Shown: in pieces, positions 48,625-59,031 of the stretch
Layout of the letters: each line of letters begins with the position of its first letter
How positions within the stretch are numbered: position 1 is the stretch's first letter
Assembly (NCBI GenBank): GCA_963745235.1
Contig: CAVUXE010000035.1
Span: 224,001 to 288,000 of the forward strand
DNA length: 64,000 bases
Reading direction: 5' to 3'
DNA from: an uncultured Spirochaetota bacterium
GTDB lineage: Bacteria; Spirochaetota; Spirochaetia; SZUA-6; Fen-1364
Notes under the pieces: model-generated
What the model saw: the letters and a program-made list of their open reading frames with translations, nothing else
The model's database searches: none
What the model was told of the DNA's origin: nothing
Translations under genes and position numbers: made by a program

Positions 48625-49113
48625 ATGCTGAACATCATAAAACTGGGCGACCCGCTGCTGAAAAAACATTCGGTTGTGGTTCCGGACATCAACGACGAAG
48701 TGCGCGCTCTCGTCGCCGGGATGTTCGAGACGATGGAACGGGGCAAGGGAGTCGGCCTGGCCGCCGTCCAGGTGGGTGAGCTCCTGCGCCTTTTCGTCAC
48801 GAAGGTGCCCGGGGACTCCCCCCGCGTGTTCATCAATCCTGATATCCTGGAAACCTCCATCGATGAGGTGACCATGGAGGAAGGCTGCCTCAGCATCCCC
48901 GGCCTGTATACCGATGTGACGCGGCCCGGCTCCATTCGCGTGCAGGCCTGGAACGAGAAGGGGAGGCCGTTCGCGCTCAGCGCTGAGGAATACCTGGCCC
49001 GCGTGATCCAGCACGAGCTCGACCACCTCAACGGCATCTTGTTCATTGACCGCGTAGGTCCGAAGAAAAGACAGAGACTTCTCGCCGAGTACGACAGCAA
49101 AGTCGGTGTCTGA
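48625..49113 (+). CDS. def: Peptide deformylase
   Basis: GVGLAAVQVG, EGCLS, QHELDHLNG. Confidence 0.96.
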   Translation: MLNIIKLGDPLLKKHSVVVPDINDEVRALVAGMFETMERGKGVGLAAVQVGELLRLFVTKVPGDSPRVFINPDILETSIDEVTMEEGCLSIPGLYTDVTRPGSIRVQAWNEKGRPFALSAEEYLARVIQHELDHLNGILFIDRVGPKKRQRLLAEYDSKVGV

Positions 49114-50060
49114 TGCGCATCCTTTTCGCCGGCACGCCGCCCATGGCCGTACCGTCACTGGAGAACCTTGCCCGCGAGCTGCGCGTGGTTGCGGCACTGA
49201 CGGCGCCAGACCAGCCGGTTGGCCGCGGGCGCACTCCGTGCCCGTCCGCCGTAAAGGAGGCGGCACTGGGTCTTCGGGTACCTGTGCTGACTCCTGCCTC
49301 GCTTGACGCGGCGGCCATCGAGGCGGTGAAAGAACTGGCGCCTGACCTCCTGGTCGTCGTAGCGTACGGAAAAATCTTCAAGAAGAAGTTCCTTGACCTG
49401 TTTCCTCGCGGCGGCATCAACCTCCATCCCTCTCTTCTGCCCCTGTATCGGGGGCCTTCCCCCATCACGGCTGCCATCCTTGCAGGAGACGGTGAAACTG
49501 GCGTCACGGTCCAGAAGCTCGCAATGCGGTTCGACACAGGGGATACCCTGGCGCAGGTTCGAGTCCCCCTGCATGGGAACGAGACGACGGGCTCGCTGAC
49601 CGATGCCCTTTCCCGCATCGGCGCCGATCTTCTCCTGAAGGTGACCGGGGATATAGCCGACGGACACCCTCCCGCGGCCGTTCCCCAGGATGAATCCCGG
49701 GCGAGCTACTGCCGGCTTGTCTCCAAGCAGGACGGTCTCCTGGACTGGAACACTCCGGCTTCCCTGATCGAGCGCAAAGTTCGCGCCTACGATCCGTGGC
49801 CGCGAGCTCGGACAACTTTGAACGGAAGCTCACTCCTGCTCTTGAAAACCGTTGTCCATCCGGGTACGCTCGTCCGTGCGGCAGGCGCGCCGGTTCCCGG
49901 CGAGGTGCTTGCCGCGGACGAGGAGAACGGGATCCTTGTCCAGACCGGGCAGGGCGTCCTGCGGATCGAGCGGCTCCAGCTGCAGTTCAAGAAACCGCTT
50001 GACTGGCAATCGTTTCTTCACGGCCACCCGGATCTGCCAGGCGTCCGCCTGGGCAATTGA
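49113..50060 (+). CDS. fmt: Methionyl-tRNA formyltransferase
   Basis: FAGTP, INLHPSLLPLYRG, DTG, PWP. Confidence 0.96.
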   Translation: MRILFAGTPPMAVPSLENLARELRVVAALTAPDQPVGRGRTPCPSAVKEAALGLRVPVLTPASLDAAAIEAVKELAPDLLVVVAYGKIFKKKFLDLFPRGGINLHPSLLPLYRGPSPITAAILAGDGETGVTVQKLAMRFDTGDTLAQVRVPLHGNETTGSLTDALSRIGADLLLKVTGDIADGHPPAAVPQDESRASYCRLVSKQDGLLDWNTPASLIERKVRAYDPWPRARTTLNGSSLLLLKTVVHPGTLVRAAGAPVPGEVLAADEENGILVQTGQGVLRIERLQLQFKKPLDWQSFLHGHPDLPGVRLGN

Positions 50061-51151
50061 GCAGGGGAGATATGAGGGATTTCATCAGCAAGGTGCGCGT
50101 CTGGCTCGAGCAGGCCGCGGAGTGGACGGTGACATTCGTCCGGAAGGTCGTGCCGAACGCGGAAGATTCAGCGGAAACGCGGAGTCTGAAGCTCACGATT
50201 TTCCTCTTTGTCGGGATCATCGGACTGATGCTTCTCATCGGGGCAGTCACGTTCTCCATTGCGGTGCGGGGCCAGGACGAGACGCTCGTCCCGAACCTCG
50301 AAGGCAAGGATGTCCTTGATGCCCTCACCGACCTGCAGAGCAAGGAGCTGTACCCTGACATCCAGGAGCAGTACTCCACAAGCTATGACCGCAACATCGT
50401 CATCTCCCAGAGGCCTGCTCCGGGAACGCTGGTCAAAGCCGGCAAGAGAGTCACGCTGCGCGTGAGCCGCGGTCCCGTCATCGACAAGGTGGAGAACTAT
50501 GTTGGGATGACCCTGGACGATGTGAAGATCCACCTGCAGACCCTCTTCGCAACGCACAGCCCGAACCTGATCATCAAGGAGCCGATCCTGTACAGGTTTG
50601 AAAGCAGCACCCAGCCTGGCAAGATCCTGGCACAGAGCCCGAAGCCAGGAACGCCGATCTCCGGGATAACCTACCTCGAGCTCGTCGTGAGCCAGGACCA
50701 GACGGGGGAAACAATGCTGAGCGTAGGGGACTACGTCGGCAAGAACTTCCAGGAAGCCGTCTCAGACCTCACGAAAGCCAACATACCCTTTGCATTCACC
50801 GTCCAGAAGTCGGCGCAGGGCAAGGCGCCCGGCAGCGTCATCGCTCAGAACCCTGGTCCGGGGGAGAAGATCAGCTACGACCAGGTGGTCCAGCTGACCA
50901 TGACCGCTCCGGGGGACGTCGGGAAAGGGAACGTGTTCGGCCTGTTCCAGTACTCCCTTCCTCAAGAGCCCATAGCCGTTGATATCAGCCTCGACATCGT
51001 ATCCGGCTCGGACAGGAAGAACGTCCTTGCCATGAAGCATCCTGGCGGTCCTCTTGCTGTTCCGTATGTCGTTCCCGACGGGAGTGACTTGGTCCTTACA
51101 GTCCTTGACCAGGAAGTAGCGCGGCAAAAGGCAGCGCAACTGACCTTCTAG
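50057..51151 (+). CDS. PASTA domain membrane protein
   Basis: Single TM and three PASTA-like repeats (VPNLEG...VISQRPAPG); follows def-fmt. Confidence 0.88.
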   Translation: MSRGDMRDFISKVRVWLEQAAEWTVTFVRKVVPNAEDSAETRSLKLTIFLFVGIIGLMLLIGAVTFSIAVRGQDETLVPNLEGKDVLDALTDLQSKELYPDIQEQYSTSYDRNIVISQRPAPGTLVKAGKRVTLRVSRGPVIDKVENYVGMTLDDVKIHLQTLFATHSPNLIIKEPILYRFESSTQPGKILAQSPKPGTPISGITYLELVVSQDQTGETMLSVGDYVGKNFQEAVSDLTKANIPFAFTVQKSAQGKAPGSVIAQNPGPGEKISYDQVVQLTMTAPGDVGKGNVFGLFQYSLPQEPIAVDISLDIVSGSDRKNVLAMKHPGGPLAVPYVVPDGSDLVLTVLDQEVARQKAAQLTF

Positions 51152-51280
51152 GAGAACGCCTCGCGGCTGCGGTGCTGCTGGGCCGCCGGCCAAAGCGGAC
51201 GGACAGGCCGGCTGGACTGGCGGGCAGGCAAAGGCGGGCATGCGGGACAGCCGGGCTGGCCAACACCGGGCAGGCCAACC

Positions 51281-51310
51281 TTGACAGTTCGCGAGGCGAT
51301 CGTGTAGATT
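51281..51310 (+). promoter_or_regulatory. Putative tRNA-Gly promoter
   Basis: TTGACA-18nt-TAGATT. Confidence 0.55.
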
Positions 51311-51331
51311 TCGGAGCGTAGTTTTCGACTA

Positions 51332-51402
51332 GCGAGCGTCGTAAAATGGCATTACCCCAGCTTCCCAAGCTGGAGTCGGGGGTTCGATTCCCCTCGCTCG
51401 CT
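51332..51402 (+). tRNA. tRNA-Gly(CCC), CCA not encoded
   Basis: Acceptor GCGAGCG/CGCTCGC, anticodon arm CCAGC-TT CCC AA-GCTGG, T arm GGGGG-TTCGATT-CCCCT. Confidence 0.95.
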
Positions 51403-51418
51403 CTTTATAAGTGCATAA

Positions 51419-51506
51419 TCCGGCCGAAAAGAGCCGGCGTTCCGGTTTAAAAGAGCCAGCGTTCCGGAAATAAAAAGCCACCGTTCCGGGGAAAAAGAGC
51501 CACTTT
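51419..51506 (+). repeat. Four tandem 22-bp IS21 left-end repeats (transposase-binding sites)
   Basis: TCCGG-N3-AAAAGAGCCANCGT-like units at 51419, 51441, 51463 and 51485; two inverted copies at ~54151-54194. Confidence 0.9.
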
Positions 51507-51594
51507 TCGGCCCTTGCCCGGAAATCCCACTCTCCAATCTCTCCAGACGCTACTTGCTATGCTTCTCCCACAACAGTTGGGGGAGGCAGAAGGA

Positions 51595-53157
51595 ATGGGA
51601 CGGAGGAGGACGGGAGTGAAGAAGGTTCGAGACATCATCCGCTACAACCACACGAGCGACTTGAGCGAAAGGCAGATTGCTCGCGCTCTGGGAGTCTCAC
51701 GAACCGTGGTGGCCAGGACCCTGTGTGCCTTTCGGGCCAGCGGTCTTGACTACAGCGCGGTGGAACAAATGCCCGACAGTGAGCTTGAGAAAAGTCTGGA
51801 AACCGAGAAGGCGCCCCAGAACGGTTCACGCTATGTGGAACTGGTTGCGCTGTTTCCCGAGATGGCCGTTGAGCTGAAGAAGAAAGGGACGACCCTTGAA
51901 TGGTTGTGGCAGAAGTATATCGGCGAACATCCCCAAGGCTACCAGTACAGCCAGTTCTGGTTGCACTTCCGCCAGTGGTGCAAGAGCGAAGAGGTCTCCA
52001 TGCACATCGAGTACAAGGCGGGAGAGGCCGTGTTGGTGGACTGGGCAGGAGACAAGCTTGAGGTGATCAACGGAAACACCGGCCAGACTTGGCCGCTGGA
52101 ACAATTTGTCGCGATCCTGGGAGCCAGCGAACTGACTTATGTGGAGGCTCGGGAAAGCCAGAAGGAGGAAGACTGGATCCGGGCCAACGAAGGAGCTCTT
52201 CGCTATTTCGGCGGAAGCCCCAAGGCCCTTATTCCCGACAACACCCGCACCGCGGTGATTCGGCCCGACCCCTACGAGCCAGGACTGAATCCAGTCTTTG
52301 ACGATTTTGCCTGCCATTACGGTGTGGTGGTAGTGCCCACGCGTGTGCGTCGTCCCCGGGACAAAGCGTTGGTGGAGAACGCCGTGCGGCTGGTTTATCA
52401 GAGGATCAGTTGCCGCCTTCGGGGCAAGGTCTTCTTCAGCCTTGCGCAGGTCAACGTGGCCATTCGCGAGCTTCTGGAAGAGCACAATCACCGTTCCTTC
52501 AGCCGGCTGCCCTACAGCAGGCGAGAGTTGTTCGAGCGCGTGGAGAAGAGTGCCTTGCGCCCTTTACCCACCGAACCCTTCGTGATGAAAGAGACAACCG
52601 AGGCCACCGTCGGGATCAACTACCACGTGGAGTTGCGCGAGGATCGCCACTATTACAGCGTCCCCTACGCTCTTCGCCGTCGTGACCCTCCCACTCGAGT
52701 GAAGCTCGTCTACGACGATCGGGTGGTAGCCATCTACTATGACAACGTTCGCGTGGTTCAGCATCGGCGCGACAGAACACCCAACGGCTATACGACGTTG
52801 GGTGAGCACATGCCCCCGTCGCACCGGTGGTACGCGGAGTGGAGCCCGGAAAAGTTCCTGGGTTGGGCGCGTTCCGTGGGGCCCGCGACCGAGGCGATCA
52901 TCACCAAGGTCTTGGAGTCTGCCGCCTATCCGCCCCAGGCATTTCGCAGTTGCCTGGGTATCCTGAGCCTCGCACGACCTCACGGCGCCGAACGCCTGAA
53001 CAAGGCCTGTGGCAAGGCGCTGCGGGTAGGAACTCAGTCGGGCAAACGAATCAAAAGCATCTTGGATCTGGGACTCGAGGAAGAGCGTCAGCCCCAGTTG
53101 GATTTGCCACCGTTGCCGCATCATGAGAACGTTCGCGGCAGCCAGTACTACAACTGA
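51595..53157 (+). CDS. istA: IS21 transposase
   Basis: HTH (SERQIARALGVSR); DDE motifs VDWAG, IPDNT, KALVE; HENVRGSQYY C-terminus. Confidence 0.95.
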   Translation: MGRRRTGVKKVRDIIRYNHTSDLSERQIARALGVSRTVVARTLCAFRASGLDYSAVEQMPDSELEKSLETEKAPQNGSRYVELVALFPEMAVELKKKGTTLEWLWQKYIGEHPQGYQYSQFWLHFRQWCKSEEVSMHIEYKAGEAVLVDWAGDKLEVINGNTGQTWPLEQFVAILGASELTYVEARESQKEEDWIRANEGALRYFGGSPKALIPDNTRTAVIRPDPYEPGLNPVFDDFACHYGVVVVPTRVRRPRDKALVENAVRLVYQRISCRLRGKVFFSLAQVNVAIRELLEEHNHRSFSRLPYSRRELFERVEKSALRPLPTEPFVMKETTEATVGINYHVELREDRHYYSVPYALRRRDPPTRVKLVYDDRVVAIYYDNVRVVQHRRDRTPNGYTTLGEHMPPSHRWYAEWSPEKFLGWARSVGPATEAIITKVLESAAYPPQAFRSCLGILSLARPHGAERLNKACGKALRVGTQSGKRIKSILDLGLEEERQPQLDLPPLPHHENVRGSQYYN

Positions 53158-53165
53158 AGGAGTCC

Positions 53166-53930
53166 ATGATGAACAGCAACCAAGCAACGCTACAGAAACT
53201 TGAGATGATGGGACTGTGGGGCATGATGCGAGCTTTGCGGGAATCCATGGAAGCGGGATCAAAGGCGGATTTCACCTCCGACGAGTTGATCTCCCGTTTG
53301 GTGGACGTCGAGTGGGATCAGCGGCAGGGTCGCAAGCTCTCACGACTTCTCAAGGGTGCTCGCTTTCGCTATCGCGCAGGGCTGGAGGATCTCGACTTCG
53401 GCTTGCACAGGAATCTGGAGAAAAACCAACTCATGCGCCTTGCCGACTGTCATTGGATCGAAGAGCATCAGGACCTCATTCTCACAGGCCCTTGCGGATG
53501 CGGGAAGAGCTTCATCGCCTCCGTGTTCGGTCAGCAGGCATGCATCCACGGCTACAGCGTGTGCTACTGGCCCGCGGGAAAGCTCTTCGAGCAGATGAAG
53601 CTGTGCAAGGCCGACGGCAGCTACCTTCGGGAGATGGCCAAGCTCACCAAGAAGCGGCTCTTTATCGTTGACGATTTTGGGCTTGAGGTTCTCGATGCAG
53701 CCAGCCGACTCATTCTGCTTGAGATCCTGGAAGACCGCCACGGCCGCTGCTCCTCCCTGTTCAGCTCCCAGCTTCCGGTCTCCCAGTGGCACCAGGCTAT
53801 CGGAGACCCCACCATTGGGGATGCCATCTGCGACCGTATCGTGCATACCGCTCACCGCATTGAGCTCAAAGGGGAGTCAGTTCGCAAACTCTACGCTCAT
53901 CGTGGGGAAGCCAAGAAGGAGAAGGAATGA
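53166..53930 (+). CDS. istB: IS21 helper AAA+ ATPase
   Basis: TGPCGCGKS, IVDDFG, DAICDRIVH, LKGES. Confidence 0.95.
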   Translation: MMNSNQATLQKLEMMGLWGMMRALRESMEAGSKADFTSDELISRLVDVEWDQRQGRKLSRLLKGARFRYRAGLEDLDFGLHRNLEKNQLMRLADCHWIEEHQDLILTGPCGCGKSFIASVFGQQACIHGYSVCYWPAGKLFEQMKLCKADGSYLREMAKLTKKRLFIVDDFGLEVLDAASRLILLEILEDRHGRCSSLFSSQLPVSQWHQAIGDPTIGDAICDRIVHTAHRIELKGESVRKLYAHRGEAKKEKE

Positions 53931-54103
53931 GCGCTTTTGGCGACTGCCTCCGTTGGCAACACAAAACGACCTCCGTGGAAGGCCGCCACTGCATTTGCTC
54001 AGAGCACCCCGTATTTGAATGCCCCCCTCGGATCGACTTCAGCGACGAACAGCACATCGCCGGGGGATACGTGCACAAGGAGGTGACCGGAACTGTTGAC
54101 TGA
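53927..54103 (+). CDS. 58-aa Cys/His-rich ORF inside IS21, coupled to istB
   Basis: ATGA overlap with the istB stop, preceded by AGGAGAAGG; MSAFGDCLRWQHKTTSVEGRHCICSEHPVFECPPRIDFSDEQHIAGGYVHKEVTGTVD. Confidence 0.45.
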   Translation: MSAFGDCLRWQHKTTSVEGRHCICSEHPVFECPPRIDFSDEQHIAGGYVHKEVTGTVD

Positions 54104-54409
54104 AAAGAGCCACTACAGCATTGTCTGAGCGAGCGGATTGGCTGAGTGGGAAAGTGGCTTTTTATTTCCGGATCCAATGGCACTTTTCACCGGACTACGC
54201 ATTATAAGTTGTTGTGGAAATGAAAGTCAGGCTGCCAAGGCTTTTTGAGCATCACGGAAGAAGGTCAAAACGTCGGCAAGTTGTCGGCGGTTGACGCGGG
54301 GAGGAGCCTAAGGCGGTTCGCTCCACGGGGACCGCGAACATCGCGCTCGCCCGGAAAATCGCCCTCCAGATGATCGAGAAGGGGGACGTCTTTGCTGCCA
54401 CAGATGACC

Positions 54410-54539
54410 TGCGCCAGTGGAGCTAGGAGCGACCTCCCGCATCGCAGCCCTGATCGTCTTCAACTTGCCTTGCACCTCCTTCGGGCATTTACTCATCCAC
54501 GCCCCCAGGCTCAACGGCTGCGGACTTGGTTCTTTCCAA
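54410..54539 (-). pseudogene. DUF1801 (YdhG-like) remnant
   Basis: SD AGGAGG and TTG start, GGVDE then a small deletion/stop, KCPKEVQGKLKTIRAAMREVAP in another frame, then truncated. Confidence 0.6.
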
Positions 54540-54617
54540 CCGCTTTGCCTCCTATTAAGTGAAAGTCAAAAGGGGGCCGTCTCACGTTGAGAAAGACCCT
54601 TCTGTCGGAACATCTCT

Positions 54618-55262
54618 CTATTCTAAGCTAAACGGTGGATAAATGTCTGTTGTCAGCAAGATAGCGTAGGTCTCGACCCTGAGGCCCCATCGCATCACTC
54701 CCACGACATAGTTGAAAAGTCCCTTTGGATACTTTCCTGTAAAAAGGATTGCAAACCACGCGATGATGACGACGACGTCTACTCCTATGACCAATCCAAT
54801 AAGGCAGATGTAGTGAGGGATTGCAAGGAACCATTTGACGAGAGGGAGTCCCGCCTTCAAGTCTTTCTGCACATCAGGATAGGGAATGTGGATATGGACT
54901 GCCTGCTCTTCATCTGTTGAAGGATATTTGTCTGTCAGCAGCCAAAGAAAGGCGGAAACTCTAGCTGCAAACTTCGCAATGCCGACATTCCAATCAAACC
55001 ACCATCTGGGATACTTCCACCTGAACAAGATCATGAGGACTGTAGGTAGGAAGATGATGCCACCTGCAAGAAGTGGAAATGTGCCGAGATGACGATAATG
55101 GTGGTAACCACCACCACTCCAGTGAGGACCACTGATGAGAAGGAGAATGCCAAGGATTGGCAGGATGAGGATGATGCGGAACGCCGTGGTCAGCCGATTG
55201 AGACGTTCTGGATAGTCAATGTCGAGGGTGACAGGGTATGAAGACTCAGGGGCCTTTGCCAT
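54618..55262 (-). CDS. DUF4389 membrane protein
   Basis: Duplicated ILF..KYP..WFD/LFN...LLTD.YP motif; YPPFSLE C-terminus. Confidence 0.9.
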   Translation of the reverse strand: MAKAPESSYPVTLDIDYPERLNRLTTAFRIILILPILGILLLISGPHWSGGGYHHYRHLGTFPLLAGGIIFLPTVLMILFRWKYPRWWFDWNVGIAKFAARVSAFLWLLTDKYPSTDEEQAVHIHIPYPDVQKDLKAGLPLVKWFLAIPHYICLIGLVIGVDVVVIIAWFAILFTGKYPKGLFNYVVGVMRWGLRVETYAILLTTDIYPPFSLE

Positions 55263-55396
55263 AGTTTCCTCCTTTGCCTACGGCTAACAATAGTGGAATC
55301 ACCGGGACAAGACCATTAACGCAACTTTCAGCAGATGGCACGATTAAACTGCTTCACCTATTGATGCGCTATTTGTATTGGAGTGGAGTTGGGGGG

Positions 55397-55735
55397 TCAC
55401 TTGCCTGCGATCTTTTTGGTCCCTTCGCCACTTACCTTGATGACGACCTTCACAGCATCTTCCATCGGGTCTTTGAAGGGCACTTCGATTCGAAGCAGTC
55501 CGTGTTCGTATGTCGCCTCGGCTTTGTCAGGTTTCACCGCCCAGCCCAAAGCCAAGGATGCAACATACTCAATGTCCCTCGCTATCGCTGACAGGTGGAC
55601 GCTGTCCTCCAGCATCTTGAGATCAATGGTATCCGCTGGCGCTCCTGGGATGGCGAACTCCACAATGAGCTTCCGGTTCTCCGCATCAGCATAGGCCACG
55701 TTATCGGGGGCAACCTTCATTCGATATTCGGGCAT
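55397..55735 (-). CDS. Small heat-shock protein (Hsp20/alpha-crystallin)
   Basis: FAIPG...AEATYEHGLLRIEVP; SD AGGAGG. Confidence 0.85.
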   Translation of the reverse strand: MPEYRMKVAPDNVAYADAENRKLIVEFAIPGAPADTIDLKMLEDSVHLSAIARDIEYVASLALGWAVKPDKAEATYEHGLLRIEVPFKDPMEDAVKVVIKVSGEGTKKIAGK

Positions 55736-56454
55736 CTATGTACCCTCCTTTTTGATCTAGACGCAATGTAGCCATTGTAAGGGTAAAAAAATAGGGATTT
55801 CGATTTGCAGCTGACTGAGGACCAACTGATCAGCAAGGATGAGAACGCTGGTCTTGAACAACTCACGAGTTGACCTACCGCATTTGGCGCCCGCGAGCCC
55901 TGGCTTCGGGCATCCAGAAGTCACAATCTACCCGCTCGGCGAAATACCATAACCTCAGCGCAAAGCGTGCCCTAGAGGATTTTTATCTACCTACCCCCTA
56001 TCCGGATAGGGTGTTCGAGGAGAGTTTTGGCAAGTATTATTAATGAGAGGGTCTACGCTATTTTGAATTGGACTCATGAGGAGGGACTGTGGCGGAAAAG
56101 AAAGCAAAGATTCTAACTGTCAACTGCTTCTTGCTCTTTTCTGGCGTTGTGGCTACCGGTCGAACAAGCCCGCTAACTGCTGCGTTGCCCTGATCCAGGA
56201 GCGAATGGGCGACGAGGTTTCCGAGCCAGCCAGTGATTCCGAAGGTGGTCTCGATACGCGGCGCAGAGCTGTCTCATGTCAGGAATACTGGGCGTTCGGA
56301 GGGCCAAAGAGGCAGCCTGGATGATCAATAGGAAAACGTCACTCCTCTTGGGGCCGCTGAACGGCTGACAGCATGGAAAGCAGTCAGACACCAGGAAAGA
56401 GCCGCGGCTCTGGTCAGGAGGAGGTTCGCGGCCGAAGGCCATGTCTGGCGAGGA

Positions 56455-56624
56455 GCCTGATATATTATCCTGTCCAGGCCACAGTCCTCGCATTGAACGG
56501 CATCTGGATCCGAAACGATTACCTCCTCCCCATGCTGATCCTGGGAAAGGGTAATGCGGCGATAACGATTTCTCTCGCCGTTTTCAACTTCGCCGCGGCC
56601 TATTATGGTCAAGCAATTGGGTGA
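56455..56624 (+). pseudogene. Fragment of a carbohydrate ABC permease
   Basis: PVQATVLALNGIWIRNDYLLPMLILGKGN.ITISLAV resembles the MalG-type WNDYLLP segment; isolated fragment. Confidence 0.6.
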
Positions 56625-56679
56625 AGCAAAGCGCCGCGGCACTATTCGGCGTTAATTTAGCCCCCAATTGGGAGAGAAA

Positions 56680-58635
56680 ATGCTTGTAAAAGATCCAAAC
56701 AAGTCCCGACTGCCGTCACCGCTCAACCGGAACTTCTCACTTTGGGGGGTAGTGGCGTCCGTCCTTCTGGTCCTGGCTCTGAACTTCCTCCTGATCCCCA
56801 AGCCCTCGGTCATGATGGTCGATTTCAGCGCTTTCAAGAAGCTGATCACGGATGGTTCGATCAAGCGCGTGGAAATGACCCCGAGCGCCTATTACGGATT
56901 CGCTCTTACCAAGGAGCAGCAGGATGCTCTGCGGCAACAGGCTCAGCAGGGTAAGGTCACCCAGACGGGCAGTGCTCCCGCAAAGGAGTACCAGACCGCC
57001 CCCGTTCAGGACCCCGGGTTCGTAGCGCTGCTGGATTCCAAGGAGGTCGAATACTACGAGGTCCTGCCGCAAAACCATCCTATCCTCGGCTTCCTGATTA
57101 GCTGGATTCTTCCCTTTGGCGCCATGTTCCTGATTTGGCGGCTTTTGTCCCGGCGCATGGGCGGGCTGGGGCGCGGTGTGATGAGCTTCGGACAGAACAA
57201 GTCCCTCTTGGTGGCCGAGGGGAATACAGGGGTCAGATTCGACGACGTGGCGGGAGCCGAGGAGGCGAAGGCGGAACTCGTCGAAGTCATCGATTTCCTC
57301 AAGCATCCCGCCCGCTACACTGCCATCGGCGGAAAGATCCCAAAAGGGGTGCTGCTTGTCGGTGCGCCAGGGACAGGGAAGACTCTCATGGCTCGGGCAG
57401 TTGCCGGAGAGGCAGGCGTGGCCTTTTTTAAGATCAGCGGCTCGGAGTTCGTGGAGATGTTCGTGGGGGTTGGCGCGGCACGGGTGCGAGACCTGTTCCA
57501 GCAAGCCAGGGGCAAGGCACCCTGCATCATCTTCATTGACGAGCTGGATGCCATCGGGAAAAGCAGAGCACAGGCACTGTCCGCCAACGACGAACGAGAG
57601 CAGACCCTGAACCAGCTCCTGGTGGAAATGGACGGGTTCGATTCGCGAACCGGAGTCATAATTCTGGCTGCCACGAACCGGCCTGAGGTCCTGGACCCCG
57701 CCCTTTTGCGTCCCGGACGTTTCGACAGGCAGGTCCTCATGGACAAGCCCGACCTGAACGGCCGGGAGGCGATCCTGCGCATTCACAGCCAGGAGGTGCG
57801 GCTGGAAGATTCGGTGAACCTCAGGGATGTAGCCCGCAGGACTCCCGGGTTCGTCGGAGCGGACCTCGCAAATCTGGTGAATGAGGCAGCGCTTCTGGCG
57901 GTCAGGGCGGGGAGGGAAAAGGTGACGCAGCCTGACTTCGATTCGGCCTTCGAGAGACTGGTCGCGGGGCTGGAGAAGAGAAACCGCTTGATCAACGAGA
58001 AGGAGCGAAAGATCGTCGCCTACCACGAGACAGGCCATGCACTGGTTGCTCATATGACTCCGGGGGCGGACTCAGTGGAAAAGATCTCCATCGTGCCTCG
58101 TGGCCTTGGCGCTCTGGGGTACACTATGCAGCTCCCCACTGAGGACCGTTTCCTGATGACCGAGGGTGAGCTGAACACTCGGATCGACGTTCTGCTCGGG
58201 GGAAGGGCCGCGGAGCAGCTGGTTTTCCATGAAGTTTCCACGGGCGCCACGAACGACCTGGACAAAGCAGGAGACATTGCCCGTCGAATGATTACAGACT
58301 TCGGAATGAGCGAAAGGTTCCGCAACACCTTCCTGCCCGCGAGGAGACAGGGCCAGCTACTTGGAGACGCCAACGCCATAACGCTGCGCGAATACTCGGA
58401 GGCTACCCAGCAGTACGTGGACGAGGAATCCGCCAGGATCATAGACAGAAGGTACGAGAAAGTCGCCGACATGCTCCGTCGCCACGAAGGTCTCCTTCAC
58501 GAAATAGCCGAAAAGCTTCTGGAGGTCGAGGTACTGGAAAAGGCGCAATTCAAAGCCATGATCGAAAAATTCTCGGACAGGAAGACGGCTGCTGCCGGCA
58601 GCACGGAGACGTCGAAGGGCCAACCGCTGCATTAG
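56680..58635 (+). CDS. ftsH: ATP-dependent zinc metalloprotease FtsH (island-borne, probably a paralog)
   Basis: Two TM helices, [30 protein letters not shown]. Confidence 0.95.
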   Translation: MLVKDPNKSRLPSPLNRNFSLWGVVASVLLVLALNFLLIPKPSVMMVDFSAFKKLITDGSIKRVEMTPSAYYGFALTKEQQDALRQQAQQGKVTQTGSAPAKEYQTAPVQDPGFVALLDSKEVEYYEVLPQNHPILGFLISWILPFGAMFLIWRLLSRRMGGLGRGVMSFGQNKSLLVAEGNTGVRFDDVAGAEEAKAELVEVIDFLKHPARYTAIGGKIPKGVLLVGAPGTGKTLMARAVAGEAGVAFFKISGSEFVEMFVGVGAARVRDLFQQARGKAPCIIFIDELDAIGKSRAQALSANDEREQTLNQLLVEMDGFDSRTGVIILAATNRPEVLDPALLRPGRFDRQVLMDKPDLNGREAILRIHSQEVRLEDSVNLRDVARRTPGFVGADLANLVNEAALLAVRAGREKVTQPDFDSAFERLVAGLEKRNRLINEKERKIVAYHETGHALVAHMTPGADSVEKISIVPRGLGALGYTMQLPTEDRFLMTEGELNTRIDVLLGGRAAEQLVFHEVSTGATNDLDKAGDIARRMITDFGMSERFRNTFLPARRQGQLLGDANAITLREYSEATQQYVDEESARIIDRRYEKVADMLRRHEGLLHEIAEKLLEVEVLEKAQFKAMIEKFSDRKTAAAGSTETSKGQPLH

Positions 58636-59031
58636 AATCACGTTTCTTATTGTTGCCAGCACGGTCTCGACTCCGCAGCTCAGGGAGTGCTCGTTTTCGC
58701 AATTCTAGCAGTGACACAGTGAGGTTTTTGGACTTGAGCTCTTGGCTCCGTTCATCGAGCACACCGTTGCGGGGTCGATTTCCCAGCGCGTTTAGCCTCA
58801 ATTCAGGCTCCTGGGAGTGGCGGGGAAAGACCGAGCTTTTGATCCGCATATGCAGAACCGCCCAGGCCGGCACAGGCAACTCGGGATCTTGTGGAGAGCC
58901 AGGGCAAAAACGAATCAGAATTACTGGAAGACCGTGAGTCCAATCTGTCCCGGATGCCGGACTTGGAATTAGTACAAGTTGATGCAAATCAGAGCGAGTT
59001 GAGGAAAGTCAAAAGAATGGCTCCGGCTGGT

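Larger units (their letters stand above)
51412..54201 (+). mobile_element. Complete IS21-family element (2790 bp)
   Basis: TG...CA ends; IRL TGCATAATCCGGCCGAAAAGAGCC versus IRR(rc) TGCGTAGTCCGGTGAAAAGTGCC; 7-bp target duplication TTATAAG at 51405-51411 and 54202-54208; istA-istB present. Confidence 0.95.

Noticed and set aside
51155-51280. G/C-rich quasi-repetitive stretch before tRNA-Gly as an ncRNA or repeat array
   Set aside because: Only short imperfect GGGCAGGC/GGCCAA words, with no consistent period or convincing structure.
51419-51506. Regularly spaced 22-bp repeats as a CRISPR array
   Set aside because: There are no unique spacers and no cas genes. The units lie within the IS21 left end and recur inverted at the right end.
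58640-59030. Integrase remnant next to the right att copy
   Set aside because: No tyrosine- or serine-recombinase motifs in the plus-strand frames I translated or in the listed ORFs.
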